50,942 bases of DNA from an uncultured Clostridiaceae bacterium (GTDB taxonomy: Bacteria > Bacillota_I > Bacilli_A > RFN20 > CAG-288): NCBI GenBank assembly GCA_964444175.1, contig CAYUFI010000004.1:1-50942 (forward strand), given 5' to 3'. Below are positions 1 through 7,787 of the stretch, piece after piece. How positions within the stretch are numbered: position 1 is the stretch's first letter; each line of letters starts with the position of its first letter. A model generated the notes under the pieces. The model was given only the letters and a program-made list of their open reading frames with translations. It was not told the DNA's origin and did not search any database. The position numbers and the translations under genes were made by a program.

Positions 1-77
1 TCTTTTTGCCTCTATCAGATACTGCTTCCGAAGAGTTGATTTCGTAACAGCCCCCGGTTCATCTATATCCTTACAGA

Positions 78-851
78 CTAGTTCCGGTTCTTCGAAGAGA
101 ACAGGGCCAGGAAACGGAGGATGTAGAGGAAGATGAGGATGAAATCGGAATAGAGCTCGTAGGCGCAGTAGACCGCGAACGTGTCGTTGTCCTCGAACCC
201 TTTCGCGCGGGCGATGCGCATGACGCGGTTCGTATCGACCGCAGCGAAGATCAGATAGACCGCGAGGATGACGAACGAGACGATCCAGTAGAGCCCGTAA
301 GACGTCGCCGAAGCGCCCGGTAAGACCGGGACGAGGAGCAGGTTGATTAGAGAAATCATCAGTGCCCCGAAGAGGAAGGCGAATAAGAACGGCAGCACGA
401 CCCCGATTTTCCCTTTCGTCCAGTAACCGAGCCCGCCCATTAAGAAGAAGGCCAGGGCCGAGATGATGAAGGAATACAGGAGCAGGTCGTAGTTGAACGC
501 CAGAGTCAGCGTCGATAGCGCTCCTCCCATCGTAATGGAATAGAGGACGTAGAACGTCTTGATGAGGGCGCTGTGGCGCGAGATGCCCGAAAGGCTCACC
601 GCGAATCCGAGCGGAAGAAGCAGGATCACGAAGACGATCAAGGAGATGTAGAAGTTGTCCGCGAACGCCTCCGCCGTCGGAGAAATCCACGAGATGAAAT
701 ACGGCCAGCCGACCGTCATGATCCCGGTCAGAAGGATTCCTAGCCCGAACCAGAGATAGACTTTCGCCAGACCCTTGTAGGTCGAGGATTCGGCCACGAC
801 CCTCTTCTGTTTTTCGTTGTAGCCGTTCGCGTCGTAGGTATAAATCTGCAT
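78..851 (-). CDS. BAX inhibitor-1/YccA (TMBIM) family integral membrane protein
   Basis: 257-aa ORF. A short soluble N-terminus is followed by about 7 hydrophobic helices (YLWFGLGILLTG..., LLLPLGFAVSL..., FLFAFLFGALMISLINLL...), with a charged C-terminal tail. Size and topology are typical of the BI-1/YccA family. Confidence 0.75.
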   Translation of the reverse strand: MQIYTYDANGYNEKQKRVVAESSTYKGLAKVYLWFGLGILLTGIMTVGWPYFISWISPTAEAFADNFYISLIVFVILLLPLGFAVSLSGISRHSALIKTFYVLYSITMGGALSTLTLAFNYDLLLYSFIISALAFFLMGGLGYWTKGKIGVVLPFLFAFLFGALMISLINLLLVPVLPGASATSYGLYWIVSFVILAVYLIFAAVDTNRVMRIARAKGFEDNDTFAVYCAYELYSDFILIFLYILRFLALFSSKNRN

Positions 852-957
852 AAGAAGGATGTTCCTTTCTAAGAGAGGAACGCGGAGCGTTTTTTCTCTC
901 TATTCATAAGATATAAGGTAAAAAAGAAAAAACGCAACCGATAAACCTCTTTATTTT

Positions 958-1593
958 CTATTCGTATTTCTTCAGCTCTTCGAGCAGTCTCTTCCGGTCG
1001 TCCAAATTGTGGAGCAGGTCGGTCTTGTCCACGTCGATGGTGATGACCGGGGAGGACGAATAGGAACGGTAGACCCACTCGTCGTAATCCTTCCAGAGGA
1101 AGCGGTAATAGTCCACTAAGGACTTATCGAGCTCGAAAGAACGCCCGCGGCTCTTGATGTGCTTCAGGACCGTCTCGAACGATCCCTTCAGATAGACCAT
1201 GACGTTCGGGGATTTCTTGGGCAGATCCTGCAGCTCGTCCATCATCTCGTTCAGAAGATCGTCGTATAAGCTCATCTCCAGATCCGAGATGTTTCCCAGA
1301 TCGTGGTTCTTCTTGGCGAAATAATGGTCCTCGTAGATCGAGCGGTCCATGACCGCGTTGTCGTTTCTCAGCGCTTCCTTGATGGCCTTGTACCGGCTCG
1401 TCAAAAAGCTCAGCTGCAGCAAAAACGGATACCGTTTCGCCTGTTTCTCCTCTTCCGAAGCCGTATAGAACAACGGCAGGATCTTGTTCCCCCGTACCGT
1501 CTCGTAATAGACCGGCAGCCCGGTCTCCTCGTGCAGAATCTTCGCGGTCGTCGTTTTACCGATGCCGATCATGCCTCCGATGACAATCACCAC
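958..1593 (-). CDS. Deoxynucleoside kinase (dAK/dGK family), paralog 2
   Basis: P-loop GGMIGIGKTT, DRSIYED motif and Arg-rich lid IKSRGRSFE. I place the start at GTG 1593, which is preceded by GGAAGGAG. The ATG at 1677 offered by the ORF track would overlap the upstream paralog by 40 nt and has no SD. Confidence 0.8.
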   Translation of the reverse strand: MVIVIGGMIGIGKTTTAKILHEETGLPVYYETVRGNKILPLFYTASEEEKQAKRYPFLLQLSFLTSRYKAIKEALRNDNAVMDRSIYEDHYFAKKNHDLGNISDLEMSLYDDLLNEMMDELQDLPKKSPNVMVYLKGSFETVLKHIKSRGRSFELDKSLVDYYRFLWKDYDEWVYRSYSSSPVITIDVDKTDLLHNLDDRKRLLEELKKYE

Positions 1594-1637
1594 GCTCTTC
1601 TCCTTCCCAGTGAATGAAAAATTTCCCGAAATCCGCC

Positions 1638-2276
1638 TTATCGGGCGATGTACTTCCGAATCTCGCTTAGAAGCCACTCCTGATCTTCGAAATCGTCGTT
1701 GACTTTTCTCTTCGAGACGTCCACCACGATCGACGGACTCGCCTTATAAGAGGAATAGAACCAGTTGTCGTATCCATCGTATAAGAAACGGAGATACTTT
1801 TCGGTCTCTTTCCCCATCTCTATCGAGCGTCCGCGGCGGCGGATGCGTTCCAAAGCCAGTTCGAACGGCCCGGTCAGATACACCATGACTTCCGGGGCCT
1901 TTTTATGAACTCCGCCGTTTTCTTCCATGAGCTCATTGAAGAGATTCTTATAGACTTCCGCTTCCGTCTGAGACAGGCGTCCCATCTCCATGTTCTTCTC
2001 GATGAAATACGCATCCTCGTAGATCGAGCGGTCGAGAACCGCTTCCTTCTGTTTCGACGCGAGACGGACCTGGCTGTACCTCGATTTCAAAAAAGCGAGC
2101 TGCAGCAGGAACGGATAGCGGTACTTCAGCTGGTCTGACGGACTCGCCTGATAGTAGTACGGCAGGATCCTGTTGTCGTCGACGCTCTCGTAATACACCG
2201 GGACGTTCAGTCTTTCCCCGAGCATCTTCGCGGTCGTCGTCTTCCCAAGACCGATCATTCCCCCTAAGACAATCAT
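1638..2276 (-). CDS. Deoxynucleoside kinase (dAK/dGK family), paralog 1
   Basis: P-loop GGMIGLGKTT, DRSIYED and lid ERIRRRGRSIE. It has the same architecture as the downstream paralog. I prefer the ATG at 2276 (MIVLGG..., preceded by GGAAAGGAAG). The ORF-track ATG at 2297 lies only 2 nt from a TATAAT box at 2300-2305. Confidence 0.75.
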   Translation of the reverse strand: MIVLGGMIGLGKTTTAKMLGERLNVPVYYESVDDNRILPYYYQASPSDQLKYRYPFLLQLAFLKSRYSQVRLASKQKEAVLDRSIYEDAYFIEKNMEMGRLSQTEAEVYKNLFNELMEENGGVHKKAPEVMVYLTGPFELALERIRRRGRSIEMGKETEKYLRFLYDGYDNWFYSSYKASPSIVVDVSKRKVNDDFEDQEWLLSEIRKYIAR

Positions 2277-2430
2277 AGAGACTTCTTCCTTTCCCATTTA
2301 TTATAAGGATTCGGAACGCGCGCTTATAGACTTGAAAAATAAAATCCGGAAGGAAAAAGAAGGCCGGGAAAGGCTGACCAGCCCGGGCGGAGATTTTTCT
2401 TCCAAAAAGCCGGCTCTTTGAAGCGCAGAG

Positions 2431-2457
2431 AAAAAAAGCCGCCTTCCGAACGGCCTT
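2431..2457 (-). terminator. Putative intrinsic terminator downstream of tpiA
   Basis: On the minus strand, AAGGCCG...CGGCTT forms a 6-bp stem with one bulge, followed by T7 (A7 on the plus strand at 2431-2437). Confidence 0.45.
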
Positions 2458-2501
2458 AAGAGCCGTACGGAAAGCAGCCTTGATTTGAAACCGGAACCGG
2501 A

Positions 2502-3257
2502 TTAAAGGTTCTCGATCAGAGCCTTGAAGTTCTCTCCGGTCAGAGAAGCTCCGCCGACGAGCGCGCCGTCGACATTCTTCTGGCTGAGATAGCCGTGGAT
2601 GTTGTTCGGCTTGACGGATCCGCCGTAAAGGATCTCGATCTCTTCCGCCGCTTTCGGAGAATACTTTTCGGCGATGAGCGAACGGATGTAGGAGCAGATG
2701 TCCTCGGCGATTTCCTCCGAGGCGTTCTTGCCCGTTCCGATGGCCCACACCGGTTCGTAAGCGATGATGACGCGCTTGAGATCTTCTTCCTTCACGCCGA
2801 GGAGACCGACCAGAATCTGGGACTTGATGATGTCCTTGGTCTGTCCGGCTTCGAATTCCTTAAGCGTTTCGCCGACGCAGTACATCGCGTCCATGCCGTT
2901 CGCGATCAAAGCGTCGATGCGGAGATGGCAGTCGAAATCGCTCTCCTTCTCGTAGGTCCTTCTTTCGGAATGCCCGACCAGAGAACCCGTGACGCCGACT
3001 TCCTTCACCATCGGGATCGAGACGTTGCCCGTATAGGCCCCGTGATCCTTGTAGTGGACTTCCTCGGCGTAGACCCGTAATCCTTCCTTATGTTCGGAAA
3101 CATAGGCTAAGGACAGATAGGAAGGAGCGACGCCGATGACGACGTCCTTCTTTGCGGCCAGTTCGGTCAGTTCCCTGGCCGACGAGCAGAACGCCTTGGC
3201 TTCCGCCAGAGTGTTGTTCATCTTCCAGTTTCCGAACAGAATCTTTTTTCTCGCCAT
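2502..3257 (-). CDS. tpiA: Triosephosphate isomerase
   Basis: Motifs GNWKMN, VGHSERR, AYEPVWAIGTG and YGGSV. It follows pgk after an 18-nt gap. Confidence 0.95.
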   Translation of the reverse strand: MARKKILFGNWKMNNTLAEAKAFCSSARELTELAAKKDVVIGVAPSYLSLAYVSEHKEGLRVYAEEVHYKDHGAYTGNVSIPMVKEVGVTGSLVGHSERRTYEKESDFDCHLRIDALIANGMDAMYCVGETLKEFEAGQTKDIIKSQILVGLLGVKEEDLKRVIIAYEPVWAIGTGKNASEEIAEDICSYIRSLIAEKYSPKAAEEIEILYGGSVKPNNIHGYLSQKNVDGALVGGASLTGENFKALIENL

Positions 3258-3275
3258 AAGAAGGAAACGCTCCTT

Positions 3276-4490
3276 TTAGTCGTCGAGGACTTCCAGACCC
3301 GGCAGTTTGCCGTCGAACTGGATCATTTCGAGCGAAGCGCCGCCGCCCGTGGAGACGTGGGAGAACTTATCGGCATAGCCGAACTGTTTGACCGCCGCCG
3401 CGGAATCGCCGCCGCCGACGACCGAGAAGGCGCTCTTGTTCGCCGCAATCGCCTTGCAGATGCCGAGGGTTCCCTTTTCGAATCCCGGCTTCTCGAAGAC
3501 GCCGCACGGTCCGTTCCAGAAGATGGTCTTCGCGTTCTTGATGTACGCGGAGAAGACATCGACCGTGTTCGGTCCGATATCCATGCCTTCCATGCCGTCC
3601 GGCAGATCGTAAACGTTGACCGTCTTGACGACCTTCGGATCGTCGAACGAATCGGCCACGACCGTCTGGTTCGGAAGGATGATCTTGCCCGAGGCCAGGC
3701 ACTTGCGCGCATAGTCGAGCTGGTCTTCCTCGACATAGGAAGTACCAGTCTTATAGCCCTGCGCGCGGAAGAACGTGTACGCCATGGCGCCGCAGATGAG
3801 GACGTTATCGCACTTCTTGAGCAGCGAATCGATGACCTGAATCTTCGAAGAGACCTTCAGACCGCCGAGGATGGCGATGTACGGTCTTTCATCCGGCTGC
3901 GGGTTGACACAGCGTCCGAGGGCCTTGATTTCCTTTTCGACCAGGTAGCCGTAAGCGACCGGTTTGCCTTCCTTCTTCATTTCGGAAGGGATGCCGACAG
4001 TCGTCGCGTGGGCCCTGTGGGCGGATCCGAACGCGTCCATAACGTAGGCGTCGCCTAAAGACGCCCAATACGCGGAGAGTTCCGGATCGTTCTTGCTCTC
4101 GCCTTTTTCATAACGGGAGTTCTGCATTAAGAGGACGTCGCCGTCCTTGAGGGAAGCGATCTTGGATTCGAGTTCCTCGCCTCTAGTGGCGTTGGAGAAG
4201 ACGACTTCCTTGCCGAGCAGTTCGCCTAAACGGACGGCGACCGGAGCGAGCGAGTTCTTCTTCTTGGCCTTTTCGATTTCTTCCGGAGTCTTCTTGAAAT
4301 CGATCTTGCCCAGATGCGACATCAGGATGACCTTCGCGCCTTTGGCAATCAGGGTCTTGATGGTCGGCAGGGCGGCGACGATACGGTTGTCGTCGCGGAT
4401 GGTTCCGTCATCCTTGAACGGGACGTTGAAGTCGACGCGGACAATGACTTTCTTTCCCTTGACTTCTAATTCATCGACAGAGTGTTTCAT
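3276..4490 (-). CDS. pgk: Phosphoglycerate kinase
   Basis: Motifs RVDFNVP, FGSAHRAHAT and STGGGASLE. The 404-aa length is typical. Confidence 0.95.
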   Translation of the reverse strand: MKHSVDELEVKGKKVIVRVDFNVPFKDDGTIRDDNRIVAALPTIKTLIAKGAKVILMSHLGKIDFKKTPEEIEKAKKKNSLAPVAVRLGELLGKEVVFSNATRGEELESKIASLKDGDVLLMQNSRYEKGESKNDPELSAYWASLGDAYVMDAFGSAHRAHATTVGIPSEMKKEGKPVAYGYLVEKEIKALGRCVNPQPDERPYIAILGGLKVSSKIQVIDSLLKKCDNVLICGAMAYTFFRAQGYKTGTSYVEEDQLDYARKCLASGKIILPNQTVVADSFDDPKVVKTVNVYDLPDGMEGMDIGPNTVDVFSAYIKNAKTIFWNGPCGVFEKPGFEKGTLGICKAIAANKSAFSVVGGGDSAAAVKQFGYADKFSHVSTGGGASLEMIQFDGKLPGLEVLDD

Positions 4491-4530
4491 GTTACTTTCT
4501 CCTTTATTTAAGGTTTGAACGTCTTGAGTA

Positions 4531-4562
4531 GAAAAATGTCCAAAGGGTCATCCCCTTTGGAC
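4531..4562 (-). terminator. Strong hairpin plus T-run between gap and pgk (internal terminator or attenuator)
   Basis: Perfect 10-bp stem GTCCAAAGGG/CCCTTTGGAC (4538-4547 and 4553-4562) with a 5-nt loop, followed on the minus strand by ATTTTTC. Confidence 0.6.
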
Positions 4563-4577
4563 AAGGACTTCAATTGC

Positions 4578-5621
4578 TTACTTGGTGAGGATTTCGCCGT
4601 AGAGCTTGGCAAGTCTCATCATCTGGCAGGTGAACGAATATTCGTTGTCGTACCAGGAAGCGACTTTGACGAACGTGACATCACCGGCCGGGATCAGCAT
4701 GGTGAGAGTCGAATCGAAGATCGAGCCTTCGGTGCGTCCGAGGATATCCGAAGAGACGATTTCGTCGGTGGAATAACCGAGAACGCCCTTCAGTTCGCCT
4801 TCGGAGGCCTTCTTCATCGCGTCGTTGATTTCTTCGACGGTCGCTTCCTTCTTTAAGAGGAGCGTGCAGTCGCAGATGGAGCCGTCGGTGACCGGGACGC
4901 GGATCGCGTTGCCGTTCAGTCTGCCGTTGAGTTCCGGAATAACCTTGCCGACAGCCTTAGCGGCACCGGTCGTGGTCGGGACGATGTTGGCGGCACCCGC
5001 TCTCGAACGGCGGATGTTGGAGCCGGCGAGATCGAGGATTCTCTGGTCGTTGGTGTAGGCGTGGACCGTGGTCATGGTTCCGCCGATGACGCCGAAGGTA
5101 TCGTTTAACACCTTCATCATCGGGGATAAGCAGTTCGTGGTGCAGGAAGCGCCGGAAATGATGGTCTGATCCTTGGTGAGCTTGTCGGTGTTGACGCCGT
5201 AGACGTAGGTCGGGATGTCCTTAGAAGAAGACGGAGCGGAGATGATGACACCCTTCGCGCCGTTCTGCATATGGACGTCGCCGTCTTCGTGGCTCTTTAA
5301 CCGTCCGGTGCATTCAAGGACGATGTCGACGCCGTATTCGCCCCACTTCAAATCGTGCGGATCCTTCTTGCCGAGAACCGGGATCTTGACACCGTCAATG
5401 ATGATGTCGTTGGCCTCGTCGGAAGAGACCTCGTGTCCGGTCCATCTGCCGTGGGTGGTATCGTACTTTAAGAGATAAGCGAGCGTCTTCGCATCGACCA
5501 AATCGTTGATGGCGACGACGTCGAAGACTTTCTTGCCTTCTTCTTCATTCATCTGATAGGCTCTGCGTAACGCAAGACGACCAATGCGGCCGAAGCCGTT
5601 GATGGCTAACTTAATAGACAT
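4578..5621 (-). CDS. gap: Glyceraldehyde-3-phosphate dehydrogenase
   Basis: NAD-binding motif INGFGRIGR and catalytic motif ASCTTNCL. 347 aa, with an AAGGAGG SD upstream. Confidence 0.95.
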   Translation of the reverse strand: MSIKLAINGFGRIGRLALRRAYQMNEEEGKKVFDVVAINDLVDAKTLAYLLKYDTTHGRWTGHEVSSDEANDIIIDGVKIPVLGKKDPHDLKWGEYGVDIVLECTGRLKSHEDGDVHMQNGAKGVIISAPSSSKDIPTYVYGVNTDKLTKDQTIISGASCTTNCLSPMMKVLNDTFGVIGGTMTTVHAYTNDQRILDLAGSNIRRSRAGAANIVPTTTGAAKAVGKVIPELNGRLNGNAIRVPVTDGSICDCTLLLKKEATVEEINDAMKKASEGELKGVLGYSTDEIVSSDILGRTEGSIFDSTLTMLIPAGDVTFVKVASWYDNEYSFTCQMMRLAKLYGEILTK

Positions 5622-5647
5622 TCAAATATGTCCTCCTTAACGACTAA

Positions 5648-5656
5648 AATATAACA
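5648..5656 (-). promoter_or_regulatory. Extended -10 promoter element (TGtTATATT) for gap
   Basis: The minus strand reads GTGTTATATT about 26 nt upstream of the gap ATG. It directly abuts the T-run of the whiA terminator, and the AAGGAGG SD lies downstream. Confidence 0.5.
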
Positions 5657-5657
5657 C

Positions 5658-5692
5658 AAAAAAGGCGGGGTAGTAAACTGATAAGACCCGCC
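5658..5692 (-). terminator. Intrinsic terminator downstream of whiA
   Basis: Minus strand: GGCGGG, a 17-nt loop, CCCGCC, then TTTTTT. Confidence 0.6.
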
Positions 5693-5799
5693 CCGAAACA
5701 CTTTTTACAGAAAAACAAACGGTAAACGTTTTCTTAGCTAACTAAAATGATTAAAAAGTATAAAAATAAACAAAAAACTAAGGTTAGAGAATCGTTCGA

Positions 5800-6750
5800 C
5801 TACCTGTCCTTCAGTTTCTCCGCGTCGAGGTGGAACTTCCGGAAGATATGGACCACGCCGGACTTGGTGATCGTTACGCCTAGACGCTGGGCCAGTGAGG
5901 ATAGTTCGCTGTAGGAAGCGTCCGGATTTTCCTTCCTCAGTTTCCGTAAAAGGGCTGCCTTTTCCGTGAAATAGACTTCCCCGTACATGTTCTCGAGGGT
6001 TGCGATGTCCTCCAAGTCCTGCTGGCCTTTTTTTAAGGCCTTGGAGTAATTCGCCTGAGCGCAGATGTCGAGCCGGTTCTCATTGTTGAAGAAGTCCCGT
6101 TCGAGCCTCTTCGACTCGTATTCCATCATCATGTTCACCGCCCCGATGTAGCCTAAGAACACCGAGATCTGGTCCGACTGCTTCAGATATAAGACGTACT
6201 TCCCGCGCCGGACGATCTTCTTGAAATTCATCGTGGTTTCCCCGGAGAACGACTGGAGCTTGATCAGCACCCGGTCGGCTTCCTTCTCCTCGTTGAAGAC
6301 GATTTCGCAGTAATAGTGCCCTTTGGCCGGGCTCGAGATCTGTCCGGAAGCCAGGAAGCATCCCATGAGAAACCCGTGGAAATCCGTATCGTTCAGGAAT
6401 TTGTTCGTCGAGACCATCGGGGAGAAATCCTTCATGATCTCCAGATCCTCGAGGATTTCCGCGGCCTTCTCATTCACCTCGACGTGGTAGAGCGTCGCCT
6501 TGTTTAAGCGCAGTTCCTTGGTGAACGTCAGTTTCGGCTGCACCCCGTACAGTTCCTTGATGGAGGAAAAAGCAAGCTTCGCCGCCGGGGAGCAGGACGT
6601 CGTGAAGCGCAGCCCGACCTGCGGCAGCAACGACAGAGTTCCCGAGTAGCGGACGAAACCGGAAAGAATCGCCTTCTTTTCACGCGCGTCGTGCTCGGAG
6701 AGGGCGATTTCTTCCTTGATCCTCCTGGAGAAAGTAAGCTGTCCGTTCAT
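5800..6750 (-). CDS. whiA: DNA-binding protein WhiA
   Basis: 316 aa. The N-terminus FSRRIKEEI is typical of WhiA, the middle has a degenerate LAGLIDADG-like fold (GFLMGCFLASG), and the C-terminus carries an HTH (SYSELSSLAQRLGVTITKSGVVHIFRKF). Confidence 0.9.
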   Translation of the reverse strand: MNGQLTFSRRIKEEIALSEHDAREKKAILSGFVRYSGTLSLLPQVGLRFTTSCSPAAKLAFSSIKELYGVQPKLTFTKELRLNKATLYHVEVNEKAAEILEDLEIMKDFSPMVSTNKFLNDTDFHGFLMGCFLASGQISSPAKGHYYCEIVFNEEKEADRVLIKLQSFSGETTMNFKKIVRRGKYVLYLKQSDQISVFLGYIGAVNMMMEYESKRLERDFFNNENRLDICAQANYSKALKKGQQDLEDIATLENMYGEVYFTEKAALLRKLRKENPDASYSELSSLAQRLGVTITKSGVVHIFRKFHLDAEKLKDR

Positions 6751-6784
6751 CTTCTGAAGTCCGAATCTTTCTTAAAACACGAAG

Positions 6785-7714
6785 CTAGTTCTTCTTATTC
6801 AGAGACGTCAGATACGAACGCGCGGAAACCGCGGCGACCCCGCCGTCGGACACCGCCGTGACGACCTGGCGCAAAACCGCGTTACGCACATCCCCGACCG
6901 CGAACAGGCCCGGGACGGACGTACGCATGTGGTCGTCGACCCGGATGTTCCCTTTTTCGTCGAGGACGTCCATGTAGCCTAAGAAATCCGCCATCGGGGT
7001 CGCTCCCAAAAACAGGAAGAACCCTTCGACCGCGATCTTCTCTTCCTTGCCGTCGACATGCTTCAAAGTCAGAGACTCGAGTCTCCTCTTCCCTTCGGAA
7101 GAAACGACCTTCACGTTTTCTTTATAGATTACTTTCGGATTCGTTAAGACTTCCTTCACCAAGGCGGGATCTGCCGAAAAGGAAGAACCTTCGTTCAGCA
7201 GATAGACCGGGTTGCACAGGCTCGCCAGATACAGCGTGTCCTTCATCGCTTCGGAAGAATTCCCGATGATCGCGACCGGCTTGTTCTTGTGGAAAGGAGC
7301 GTCGCATTCGGCGCAGCGGGAAATCCCGTTCTCGAAATAGGCTTCCGAGCCGGGGACTTTGAACGGCTTCTCACGGATGCCCGTGGCGATGATGACCGTT
7401 TGGAAAATGTACGAATCCTTGTCGGTCTTCAGAGTGAACGTCCCGTCCGCGTTCTGCGCGACGGAACGGACGGATTCCTTTTTGACTTCGATATGGAAAT
7501 GCTCGACCTGCTTCTCGAAATCGTCCGCGAGTCCCTTGGCTTCGCCGAAGTATCCCGGATAGTTCTCGATTTCTTTCATCACGCGGAGCTTCCCGCCGAT
7601 TTCCTTCTCTTCGAAGCAGACCGGGAAGACGTTGCCTCTGGCCAGATAGATGGACGCCGCGATTCCCGCGGGCCCCATGCCCACGATCGCCGCCGGACGG
7701 ATATTTTCGCTCAT
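6785..7714 (-). CDS. Thioredoxin-reductase-like flavoprotein (CxxC present, NADPH-binding signatures absent)
   Basis: FAD motif VGMGPAGIAASIY, redox centre CAECD and C-terminal FAVGDV. The positions of GGGNSA and HRRxxxR read IIGNSSEA and LNEGSSFSA instead. Confidence 0.85.
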   Translation of the reverse strand: MSENIRPAAIVGMGPAGIAASIYLARGNVFPVCFEEKEIGGKLRVMKEIENYPGYFGEAKGLADDFEKQVEHFHIEVKKESVRSVAQNADGTFTLKTDKDSYIFQTVIIATGIREKPFKVPGSEAYFENGISRCAECDAPFHKNKPVAIIGNSSEAMKDTLYLASLCNPVYLLNEGSSFSADPALVKEVLTNPKVIYKENVKVVSSEGKRRLESLTLKHVDGKEEKIAVEGFFLFLGATPMADFLGYMDVLDEKGNIRVDDHMRTSVPGLFAVGDVRNAVLRQVVTAVSDGGVAAVSARSYLTSLNKKN

Positions 7715-7743
7715 GTTCGTTTTCTCCTTCTCCTACCGACCCC

Positions 7744-7749
7744 ATTATA
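7744..7749 (-). promoter_or_regulatory. Candidate -10 box (TATAAT) upstream of the trxB-like gene
   Basis: A minus-strand TATAAT lies about 30 nt upstream of the ATG at 7714, followed by AGGAGAAGGAG. No good -35 is visible. Confidence 0.35.
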
Positions 7750-7787
7750 AAAGAAAGGGCTGAAGGAAACACGATAAACGCAACTCC

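Noticed and set aside
869-957. A short plus-strand hairpin AACGC-gga-GCGTT followed by a T-run in the spacer upstream of the BI-1 gene.
   Set aside because: The stem is only 5 bp with a 3-nt loop, which is too weak to call. The spacer is otherwise explained by the dNK 3' end and the BI-1 promoter and SD.
1948-2748. A 266-aa minus-strand ORF bridging the tpiA 3' end, the intergenic spacer and the dNK 5' end.
   Set aside because: It is out of frame with both real genes, extremely Arg-rich, and crosses a region that contains terminator-like hairpins and a promoter.
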